From Streptomyces sp. enrichment culture (GTDB lineage: Bacteria > Actinomycetota > Actinomycetes > Streptomycetales > Streptomycetaceae), in contig NZ_OZ186833.1 of the NCBI RefSeq assembly GCF_964272895.1, positions 60,034 to 124,033 of the forward strand: a stretch of DNA of 64,000 nucleotides. The letters are read 5' to 3'. Numbering within the stretch: the stretch's first letter is position 1; each line of letters begins with the position of its first letter. Shown piece after piece: positions 21,529 to 29,849 of this stretch. Made by a program: the position numbers and the translations under genes. The notes under the pieces were generated by a model that was given only the letters and a program-made list of their open reading frames with translations, was not told where the DNA came from and did no database searches.

Positions 21529-22154
21529 CCTATCAGCCCGTCGACGATCTCCAGGGACAGGGCCGTCAGCGCCCTGCCGGTGCGGTCGCGGAAGACCGCG
21601 CCGGGGCGGCCGTTCACCGGCCGCGTGTCCATCGTCACGCCGATGCGCACGAGTGGCGGGACGATCGCGGCGAGCACCCGCGCCACCTGTTCCGCGCCCA
21701 CGATGCGCTGCGGCCAGGGCGGCGCCTGACCGCCGCCGTCGCTCGCCCTCGACACGGCCTCCACCAGCCGCCCGGCCGCCGCCTCCGAGCACCCCACGGC
21801 CGACGCGATCTCGGCCGGACCGCACCCCAGCACCTCATTGAGCACGAAGACCGCGCGCCCGAGCGGCGACAGCCGCTCCAGCAGCACCAGGGCCGCCGTG
21901 GTCAGCGGCTCCGCGAGATCCCGGCACTCCGCGGGATCGACGCAGCGCGGCCCGTCGCCCGCCGGATGCCGCATGGACAGCGCGATCCGGGTCACCGCGG
22001 CCGGCAGGAACTCCGGGCGCACGACAGGCGCGGCCTCGTACTGGAGCCACGCCTCGTGCACCGCCTTGTCCGCCTCGTCGGCGACGCCCAGGATGCGGTG
22101 GGCGAGGCAGAACAGCACGGGCCGTGACTCCCGGAACGCTTCGGCCCGGCTCAC
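21504..22154 (-). CDS. shortened ECF41/SigJ-like sigma factor (216 aa)
   Basis: F..RPVLF.LAHRILG..DEAD.AV.EAW; LLERLSPLGRAVFVL.EV; C-terminal DGGG..IVGAEQVAR..VNGRPG SnoaL-like remnant; GGGGGAGG RBS. Confidence 0.75.
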   Translation of the reverse strand: MSRAEAFRESRPVLFCLAHRILGVADEADKAVHEAWLQYEAAPVVRPEFLPAAVTRIALSMRHPAGDGPRCVDPAECRDLAEPLTTAALVLLERLSPLGRAVFVLNEVLGCGPAEIASAVGCSEAAAGRLVEAVSRASDGGGQAPPWPQRIVGAEQVARVLAAIVPPLVRIGVTMDTRPVNGRPGAVFRDRTGRALTALSLEIVDGLIGTIRWTRM

Positions 22155-22262
22155 GAGGCGCCTCCCCCCTGGATGGCGAGCCATGATGGCGGACGGGCCG
22201 TCGACGAGACGAGACGGCCCCGACACCTAGGACAGGCCACAGGCGGCGGACGTTCCGTCGGC

Positions 22263-22628
22263 TCAGCCCGTCGTGTGGTGTCCCGGCTCCGGCGGCAGGA
22301 TCAGCGTCGGCTCGACGACCACACGCGGTACGGCGGGCTCCTTGCGGGTCCAGGACACCGCGTGCCGGGCGCCGCGCTGCTGGCGCCAGTGGGCCTGCGC
22401 GAACACGACGGCGACATACGGGATGCCGACCGCGCCCACCAGGGCGCAGACCGCGACGACCGGCCAGCGGCTCCAGGTGAGGGCCATCACGACCACACAG
22501 GCGGTGCGGATCAGCATGGCCCCGAGGTAGCGGCGCTGGCGGCCGCGCAGATCGTGGGTCAGACCGGTCCGCGCGCGGGTGATGGACTCGGCGCGGGAGG
22601 TCTCCCGGCGCCAGAAGGTGGTGCTCAT
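22263..22628 (-). CDS. DUF3099-family small membrane protein
   Basis: SIT.AR..L..D..GRQRRY..AMLIRTAC..TM..IPYVAVV.A pattern. Confidence 0.75.
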   Translation of the reverse strand: MSTTFWRRETSRAESITRARTGLTHDLRGRQRRYLGAMLIRTACVVVMALTWSRWPVVAVCALVGAVGIPYVAVVFAQAHWRQQRGARHAVSWTRKEPAVPRVVVEPTLILPPEPGHHTTG

Positions 22629-22861
22629 CGGACCTCCGTGGGCGTTCCGGCGGGCACGGGCGTTTCCGGCGGCCGGGGAAGGACGGCGGGCGTGGGCGTT
22701 GCGGCACGGGCAGGGTGAGGGCGTCGCGGTGGGTGGGGGAGAGCGGGTGAGGGCGGGGGAGAGCGGGTGACGGCGTCGCTGCGGGCTCGGGAGGAAGCGG
22801 CGGGCGGGGATGTTGCGAGAGGCCGGGGCTGCGAGAAGCCGGGGGCTGCCACAGACCGGGG

Positions 22862-22948
22862 GCTGCGGGAGGCAGGGGTGTGGTGGGAGGCGGGGTGCTG
22901 CGGCAGGCAGGGATGTCGCGGCAGGCAGGGGCGCTGCGGCAGGCCGCG
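22862..22948. repeat. degenerate ~18-nt tandem repeat, about 5 copies
   Basis: gctgcggcaggcaggg-like units between qcrB and DUF3099. Confidence 0.55.
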
Positions 22949-23026
22949 GAAAGACGGCGGCGCGGGTGACCGTCCCCTGATCACCCGCGCCGCCCCTGGT
23001 CCGGCCCTCTGCGCCATGCCGCCAGG

Positions 23027-24745
23027 TCAGTGCAGTTCCTGCTGCTCCGTCTCCCGCGCCTCGGCACGGCTCTGGGCGCCGATCTTCGGCTGCCCGTTCG
23101 GCGAGCCGTGCCCGTTCGCGTGCTCGAAGTGCTCCAGCGCCTCGCGCATCTCCTCCAGCGTGGGCTTGGCGATCTGCCCGCCGTACAGCCAGCGGCTGAC
23201 CCGGTAGCGCAGCATCTGCTTGCGCGCCTTGGGGTTGGGCACACCGTCGCGTTCGGCGGCGGGCGCGGGCAGCGGCTTGTACTCGTGGCGGGCCAGCAGC
23301 GCGTACTCCTGCTGGCGGTCCAGGCGCTCGTGCACCTCGACGAACTCGCCGTGCGGCAGCCTGCGGATCCGGCCGGTCTCGCGGCCGTGCAGGAGCTTGT
23401 CGCGGTCCCGCCGCTGCAGGCCCAGACAGATCCGCCGGGTGATGATGTACGTCAGCGCCGGGACGACGAAGACTCCGATCCGGACCGACCAGGTGATCGA
23501 GTTCAGCGACAGGTGGAAGCGCTCGGCCAGGATGTCGTTGGAGCCACCGAAGAAGAGCACCAGGTACAGCGAGACGAACGCGACGCCGAACGCGGTCCGC
23601 GTGGGGTGGTCGCGCGGCCGGTCCAGGAGGTGGTGTTCCTCCTTGTCGCCGGTCACCCAGGCTTCGAGGAACGGCCACAGGGCGATCACGGCCATCATCA
23701 GGGTGGGCAGGATGACCGCGGGGATCAGCACGCCCATGTTGACGGTGTAGCCGCCCGGCAGCACGAACTCCCAGGCCGGCATGGCCCGCAGCGCGCCTTC
23801 CAGGAAGCCCATGTACCAGTCGGGCTGCGACCCCTGCGAGATCTGGTCGGACCGGTAGGGGCCGTACCTCCAGATCGGGTTGATCTGCGCGATGCCGGCC
23901 ATCAGGGCGAGCACACCGGTGACGAGGAAGAAGAACCCGCCCGCCTTGGCCGTGTAGTGCGGCATCAGAGGCTGGCCGACGACGTTCTTCTCGGTGCGGC
24001 CCGGACCCCGGAACTGGGTGTGCTTGTGGTAGAAGACCAGGATCAGGTGGATCGTCATCAGGGCGACGATGATGCCCGGCAGCAGCAGGATGTGGATGCT
24101 GTAGAACCGCGGGATGATGTCGGTGCCCGGGTACTCGCTGCCGAACAGCAGCATCGTCAGATACGTGCCGACCAGCGGGATGGCGAGTGTGATGCCCTCG
24201 GTGATGCGCAGACCGGTGCCCGAGAGCAGGTCGTCCGGGAGCGAGTAGCCGACGAAGCCCTCGAGGGTGACCACGACCAGCAGCACGAAGCCGATGAGCC
24301 AGTTCGCCTCACGCGGCTTGCGGAACGACCCGGTGAGGAAGTGGCGCAGTGTGTGGACACACAGGGCCGCGATCATGGTCAGCGCCGACCAGTGGTGCAG
24401 CTGGCGGATGAACAGGCCGCCGCGCACATCGAAGCTGATCTCGACCGTCGACTCGTACGCCCGCGACATCGGGATGCCCTGCAGGGGGGCGTGCGTGCCC
24501 TCGTACACGACCTCCGACATGCTCGGGTCGAAGAACATGGTGAGCCACACGCCGGTGAGCAGCAGCATGATGAAGCTGTAGAGCGCGATCTCACCGAACA
24601 TGAACGACCAGTGGTCGGGAAAGACCTTGCGGACCAGGAACCTGAAGTGGTAGATCCCGAGCCGTCCGTCCGCCCAGTCGGCGATCCGTTCGCCTCTAGG
24701 TGCCTCGGTGCGGGCACCAACTGGCGCTTCTTGGGTCGTGCTCAT
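23027..24745 (-). CDS. qcrB: cytochrome bc1 cytochrome b subunit, standalone paralogue
   Basis: KVFPDHWSF.FGEIALYSF, RQLHHWSA, GYSLPDDLLSG, HILLLP, SQPDWY; no qcrA or qcrC nearby. Confidence 0.96.
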   Translation of the reverse strand: MSTTQEAPVGARTEAPRGERIADWADGRLGIYHFRFLVRKVFPDHWSFMFGEIALYSFIMLLLTGVWLTMFFDPSMSEVVYEGTHAPLQGIPMSRAYESTVEISFDVRGGLFIRQLHHWSALTMIAALCVHTLRHFLTGSFRKPREANWLIGFVLLVVVTLEGFVGYSLPDDLLSGTGLRITEGITLAIPLVGTYLTMLLFGSEYPGTDIIPRFYSIHILLLPGIIVALMTIHLILVFYHKHTQFRGPGRTEKNVVGQPLMPHYTAKAGGFFFLVTGVLALMAGIAQINPIWRYGPYRSDQISQGSQPDWYMGFLEGALRAMPAWEFVLPGGYTVNMGVLIPAVILPTLMMAVIALWPFLEAWVTGDKEEHHLLDRPRDHPTRTAFGVAFVSLYLVLFFGGSNDILAERFHLSLNSITWSVRIGVFVVPALTYIITRRICLGLQRRDRDKLLHGRETGRIRRLPHGEFVEVHERLDRQQEYALLARHEYKPLPAPAAERDGVPNPKARKQMLRYRVSRWLYGGQIAKPTLEEMREALEHFEHANGHGSPNGQPKIGAQSRAEARETEQQELH

Positions 24746-24843
24746 CCCCGCGCGCCCTCCCCTCGCGTGCCGTGAATCGGCTGGAACCGTATCCATGCCT
24801 CACTCGGTCGGACAACCGCATACCCCTCGGACGCGGTAGTCAA

Positions 24844-24860
24844 CTCAAGTGATTCTTGAG
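24844..24860. promoter_or_regulatory. perfect inverted repeat CTCAAG-N5-CTTGAG upstream of qcrB
   Basis: Direct reading; 99 nt upstream of the qcrB ATG. Confidence 0.45.
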
Positions 24861-25086
24861 CGAGTTTCGAGCTGCCTGGGCGCACATTGGCCTCTTGCGT
24901 ACCTAACACGCCTGAAAAGCCCGCCCAGTTACCGGCCCGCACCCGCCTTCGGCCGGTCAAGTCGCCGTAAGCGGCGGCCAGTTGCTCCACTCTTTTCATG
25001 AACGACAGTGTAGTTGTCCCCTGTCCAGCGGCTTCGGCCGGGCCGGGCATTGCGGACCGCAGCCGAACGGTGGGCGCGGCCGCAGG

Positions 25087-26613
25087 TCAGCCGCTCGTGC
25101 CGCTGCGCCGCGCCGAGGAGTTCACGGCCCGTGGCCGGGCCGGGCCGCCGGAGATTCCGGTGGCGGGGGCGGCCGGTGCGGCACGGCGGCGCCGGGCGCC
25201 CTGGCCGTGGGTGGTGCTGGGCGGGGCCCCGAGCACCGGCCGGCGCGGGGCGCGCAGCACCGCGCGCAGTGCGTTGCGGCGCGGTCCGGTGGCGGGGGCG
25301 GTGATGTTCTGCAGGCGGTCGAGCAGCAGCCGGGCCGCGTCCTCGTCGGTGGTCGCCGCCGCGGCCAGCCGGGCCGTGCGGTGCCGGCCGATGCGGGCGC
25401 GCAGCCCGTCGGAGGGCAGGTCCGGGCCGGTCCCCGCCGCGCCGAGGCTGCGCAGGCTGGCCTGCCAGGTGGGCGCCAGATGCTGGGCGAGGGCCTGGCG
25501 CAGCCGGAAGCTGATGCCGGTGGCGGTGCCGTGGTCGGTCAGCACATGGTCGAGGACGAGGGCGCACTGCACGGCGAGCGTCATCCCGTGGCCGTGGGCC
25601 GGGTCCAGGGTGATGAAGGCGTCACCGACGACGAGGAACCGGTCGGGCCAGCGGCGCAGCCGTTCGTAGTGCCGCCAGCGGTTCTCGGTGCGGGTGCAGG
25701 CGTAGACCGGGCCGAGGGGAGTGGCGGCCTCGATGACCTCGCGCAGCAGCGGATGGCGCAGCTCGCCCGCGGCGCGCAGCAGGCCCTCGTGGTCGGTGGG
25801 CGGCGGGCTGCCGTCGCGGGCGCTGAGCGTCACCGACCAGCGGCCGCCCTCGACGGGGTGCAGCACGCCCTGGCGGGGGAGGTCGGGGGTGCCCATCAGC
25901 AGCAGGCTGCTGAAGTCGGCGACATGGCCGACCGGAGGCGCGAACACGGTCGAGGCGTAGGTGGTCGCCGTGCGGACGGCCGACTCCTGGGGTGTCCGGT
26001 AGCCGAGTTCGGACAGCCAGCGGGGGGCGCGTGAGCCGTGCCCGCCGGCGTCCACCACGAAGTCGGCGGGAATCAGGTGCCGGGGGCCCCAGCCGCCGGG
26101 TGCCCGCCGGTCACGGCCGCGCACCCACACGCCGGTGACGGTGTCGCCCCGGCCGGGGGCGAGGGAGACGGCCTCGAGCTCCTGGAGGAAGGTCACCTTC
26201 GGGTCGGCGTACAGCCGCTCGCGTACGACGGCGTCGATCAGGTCGCGGCCGGCGCTGAGCAGCGTGAGGCCGGCGTCGAAGCGGGGCAGCCAGCCGGCCG
26301 GGCCGAGCAGCAGCATGTCCTGCGGCACGCGGACGCGGACCGCGCCGGCGCCGGTGAGGTCGGCGACGATGCCCGGGAACAGCTGCTCCAGGCCCTGGTG
26401 CGCGGCGGGCATGAGGGTGTGGGTGTGCCGGGCCTGGGGCACGCCCCGGCGCCGCCCGGATCCGCGCGGCGGCCGGTCGCGCTCGATCACGGTGACCCGG
26501 TCCATGAAGTTGGCCAGGGCGCGGGCCGCGGTGAGCCCGGCGAGACCGGAGCCGATCACCACGGCGTGACCGTGGCCGCCGGCCCCGCCGACGGCTCCTG
26601 ACTCCCGTCTCAA
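25087..26613 (-). CDS. flavin-dependent monooxygenase, MonCI/Lsd18/XiaH epoxidase-like
   Basis: AVVIGSGLAG, VTVIERD, RGVPQARHTH, VVGDA..DP..G.GMT; TTG start. Confidence 0.75.
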   Translation of the reverse strand: MRRESGAVGGAGGHGHAVVIGSGLAGLTAARALANFMDRVTVIERDRPPRGSGRRRGVPQARHTHTLMPAAHQGLEQLFPGIVADLTGAGAVRVRVPQDMLLLGPAGWLPRFDAGLTLLSAGRDLIDAVVRERLYADPKVTFLQELEAVSLAPGRGDTVTGVWVRGRDRRAPGGWGPRHLIPADFVVDAGGHGSRAPRWLSELGYRTPQESAVRTATTYASTVFAPPVGHVADFSSLLLMGTPDLPRQGVLHPVEGGRWSVTLSARDGSPPPTDHEGLLRAAGELRHPLLREVIEAATPLGPVYACTRTENRWRHYERLRRWPDRFLVVGDAFITLDPAHGHGMTLAVQCALVLDHVLTDHGTATGISFRLRQALAQHLAPTWQASLRSLGAAGTGPDLPSDGLRARIGRHRTARLAAAATTDEDAARLLLDRLQNITAPATGPRRNALRAVLRAPRRPVLGAPPSTTHGQGARRRRAAPAAPATGISGGPARPRAVNSSARRSGTSG

Positions 26614-26959
26614 CTCCCGCCCCCCTCAAGCATGTTGGATCCATCATGCGGGGTGCGCCCCCGTTGCGGCAGGGAATTACGAGCCGCGCCGCATGGCCGC
26701 CCGCCCGCCCACGGCACCGGCGCCGCCGCACCGTGCCGGGGCGCTCGGCACGACACGCCTGGTGGGCGGCGGGAGCCGCCGCGACCCACGGCAGCGGTGC
26801 CGAGCCCGGCCGCGGGCCGATTCGAGCGACCGTCCGGCGATCCACGAGCAGACCTCCGGCAGACATCGAGCCCACGACACCGCACGCGGGACCACCACGA
26901 CCGCCGAGGGGGCCGGGGGCCGGCCACACGACCGGGGCCACGGATCGCCGCACGGCGGG

Positions 26960-27330
26960 TGTCACCGAATCGACCGCGGCTGCGGACACGGGGGATCACC
27001 GCATCCGGCGCGGCTGCCGGCATAGCGGGACCGCCGCCGAACCCCCCGCGGTTGCCGGTCCGGCAGAGATCACCGACCCCCCCCCGCGGCTGCCGGCATG
27101 GCGGGGACCGCCGCATCCGCCGCGGGCCCGGTATCGAGGGGTCACCGCATCGACCGCGGCTGCGGACACGGGGATCGCCGCATCCGGCGCGGCTGCCGGC
27201 CCGGCAGGGATCGCCGCCGAACCCCCCGCGGCTGCTGGCATAGGAGGCACCGCCGACCCCCCCCCCGCGGCTGCCGGCCCGGCAGGGCCGCCGCGGCTGC
27301 CGGCACCGCAGGGACCCTCGGCGCCATCGC
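26960..27330. repeat. complex GC-rich tandem array around the core CGCGGCTGCCGG (about 9 copies), with a ~60-nt block duplicated ~181 nt apart
   Basis: Cores at about 26974, 27009, 27047, 27085, 27155, 27188, 27227, 27267, 27293. Confidence 0.75.
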
Positions 27331-27412
27331 GCTCACCGGCACCGTCCAGAACCGTCCGCACCACCGCGGCCGGCGGGGCCGCCCCGCGGTCCCCGGTGGG
27401 CCGGTAGCGGTC

Positions 27413-28477
27413 TCACGCGTCGCGGTAGGCCACCCACTTGGCCATGTTCTTCAGCTCCTCCCGCCACACCGGGTCGATCGGGGCGTCGGCGATGGCCTTG
27501 CAGCCCCGCTCGACGAGGCCGGCGATGTGCCGCTCGACGTCGTCGGGGACCTTGGTCTCCAGGAGGTGACGGCGCACGTCGTCGGCGCTGTGCCCCGGCT
27601 CGGTGATCAGGGTGTGGATCGACTCGTCGCGCTGCATCGCCCAGCCCAGCAGGAGCGTCATCTTGTGCTGGCTGAAGTCGAGACCGGCGGGCTTGCCGGT
27701 GGTCGCGGAGTCCCCGAAGGCGTCCAGCAGGTCGTCCCGGAGCTGGAACGCCTCGCCCACCGCCTCGCCGTACTCCGCGAACGCGGGCGCGAGATCGGCG
27801 CGGCCCGCCACGCTCGCGCCGACGAGCAGGGGCCGGTGGATGGTGTAACGGCCGGACTTGATGACGGCGATCAGCCGCGACAGCCTCGGGTCGACCGAGA
27901 ACTCGGCGGCCGCCACCACGTCCATGTACTGGCCGATCAGCACCTCGGCGCGCAGCCTGTTCCACTCCTCGACGGCCGCCACCGGCGCCTCGGTCATCAA
28001 CTCGTCCGCGTAGACCAGGGCCAGGTCGCCGACGATGACGCCCACCCCCTCGCCGAACCGGCGCGACTCGCCCTGCCAGCCCCGCTCCTGGTGCACGGCG
28101 GTGTGCTTGGCGTGGACGGTCGGCAGTCCACGCCGCTGGCTGGAGTCGTCCAGGATGTCGTCGTGCACGAGCAGCGCGACGTGCAGCATCTCCAGGGCAG
28201 CCGCGGCCGCCACGATCCCTCGGTCGTCGGGGTCGCCCCCGGCCGCGAGATGACCGGCGATGCAGAAGGCGGGCCGGACGCGCTTGCCACCCGACGCCAT
28301 CAGCTCGGACAGCGCGTCGAAGGGCACGACCGACCGTTCGTCCACCTCCGCCCACGTGTCCCGCCCGGCGGAGAGCTGGGACCGCAGCCGGTCCTCCACG
28401 CGCTGCAGCAGGTCGGCGCTGGTGCGGCGCGCGAGGTCGGCCCCCTGGCCGGCGTCGTTGGTCACGTCGGGAGTCAC
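27413..28477 (-). CDS. trans-polyprenyl diphosphate synthase (GPP/FPP/GGPP)
   Basis: GGKRVRP, LVHDDILD..RRG, FQLRDDLLD; GTG start after GGAG. Confidence 0.93.
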   Translation of the reverse strand: MTPDVTNDAGQGADLARRTSADLLQRVEDRLRSQLSAGRDTWAEVDERSVVPFDALSELMASGGKRVRPAFCIAGHLAAGGDPDDRGIVAAAAALEMLHVALLVHDDILDDSSQRRGLPTVHAKHTAVHQERGWQGESRRFGEGVGVIVGDLALVYADELMTEAPVAAVEEWNRLRAEVLIGQYMDVVAAAEFSVDPRLSRLIAVIKSGRYTIHRPLLVGASVAGRADLAPAFAEYGEAVGEAFQLRDDLLDAFGDSATTGKPAGLDFSQHKMTLLLGWAMQRDESIHTLITEPGHSADDVRRHLLETKVPDDVERHIAGLVERGCKAIADAPIDPVWREELKNMAKWVAYRDA

Positions 28478-28923
28478 ACAAATCTCCTTGAGTAGATGTA
28501 CGGACATCGGTGCACCAGCAAAGCGGTGACGCTCAGCCGGTGCCGCAGGGCTCGGCCGCCGCGGGCCCTGACTTCAGGTGACCATGCCGACTTGGGGCGA
28601 ATCTGGAGTTCCCCTTTAGCGACGATCGACTGCGCATAGTGAACGTTGACACCCCGAACGAGCGCGTGGAAGCCTCCTTGTGCACCCATAGTTTCACGCC
28701 TTGGCCGCCGCATGGGCATGGAACGCGAGCACCGTATCCGCCGCACACATCAGGGCTGGCACGCGCCGGACCAGACCCGACTTTCTGCGCCGAAATTCCC
28801 CGGACGGTCCGTTCATCGGCGAGCGGCGTCCTTTCGGTGATTCTCGGCGTCTGCGATCAGCATGGGGGAATCTCTGTGTTTCCGGGATGGTCGCGGGACG
28901 AGCCACGACGTGAAGGAGCCTGA

Positions 28924-29553
28924 ATGGTGTATCACTTATGCCTCAGAAATCACAGCCAGGAACTCCCCGCAGCCACCGGGTCCGTCCTCTGCCGCTCCTG
29001 CATCAGGCAAGTGGAGAGCAACCTGCGCGCGCTTCCCGGCCTGTACCAGGAGAGCCTGCACCACGTAGCACCCATCGCCCGGCGGGTGAACCAGACCAGA
29101 GTGTCCGGCAGCCGCAACCGGGACCGCCTCGACCTGTCCGTGCTCGACGCCAGGAACAACATCATGACCATTCTGGAGTCATGGTCGGTGTTCGTCACGG
29201 AAAAGCTCGGAAATGACGCCCCCGCGCGATCGGTGCCCAACCTTTCGCGCTTTTTGCTGCGCCATCTCGAATGGCTCGTCGCACAGCCTCCGGCCGCCGA
29301 TTTCGCCGACGAGATCGACGGCCTGAGACTGGAATTGCTGCACACGATCGACCCCGCTCCGGGTGAACATCACGTGTCCAGCAGGGAGTGCGTCGTGGAC
29401 GACTGCACAGGGACGATCAACACCTCACCGCAACGTATCGGAAACACAGGAAAGAGAAGCATCCAGTGCAGCTCGGGACACACATGGGAAATGCACGAAT
29501 GGATCACTCTGCGTCCGCTCATGGAGCGGCAGCGGAAGGCCGTCAGCACATGA
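28924..29553 (+). CDS. OvmZ/PpzV-like Cys-rich putative regulator; TTA at codon 5
   Basis: LCRSC, LPGLYQE, ILESWS..V, FLLRHLEWL, C-terminal CVVDDC..CSSGH.W; coupled to a small HTH gene. Confidence 0.7.
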   Translation: MVYHLCLRNHSQELPAATGSVLCRSCIRQVESNLRALPGLYQESLHHVAPIARRVNQTRVSGSRNRDRLDLSVLDARNNIMTILESWSVFVTEKLGNDAPARSVPNLSRFLLRHLEWLVAQPPAADFADEIDGLRLELLHTIDPAPGEHHVSSRECVVDDCTGTINTSPQRIGNTGKRSIQCSSGHTWEMHEWITLRPLMERQRKAVST

Positions 29554-29732
29554 GCAGACCGCCACGCCACCGGCTGGTGCCCACGAACGTGGCCGCCCTC
29601 GCCGCAGGTGTGTCCGAGGCGACGATCCGCAAGTGGGTCAGCCGCGGCAAGATCACCCGGTACGGCAGGCCGGGCCGCTCCGAGTTCGACATCGACGAAC
29701 TGACCCAGATCGCGCTGAGCCGACAGCGCTGA
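29550..29732 (+). CDS. OvmW-like 60-aa HTH (MerR/excisionase-type) protein
   Basis: AALAAGVSEATIRKWVSRGKI; ATGA overlap with the upstream gene. Confidence 0.75.
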   Translation: MSRPPRHRLVPTNVAALAAGVSEATIRKWVSRGKITRYGRPGRSEFDIDELTQIALSRQR

Positions 29733-29849
29733 CACCACCGCCACATCACAAGTCGTAGCATCCGCGCAGGTCGGCGGGGTACCTGCGGGTGTGACCACGA
29801 CTACCCGATCGTCGGGCGCCAGTCAGCGGCGCCCGACGATCGGTGCTTG

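Noticed and set aside
26632-27407. Proteins encoded by the repeat regions (26.6-27.4 kb, 59.0-59.6 kb)
   Set aside because: Low-complexity translations in inconsistent frames, with no RBS or domain.
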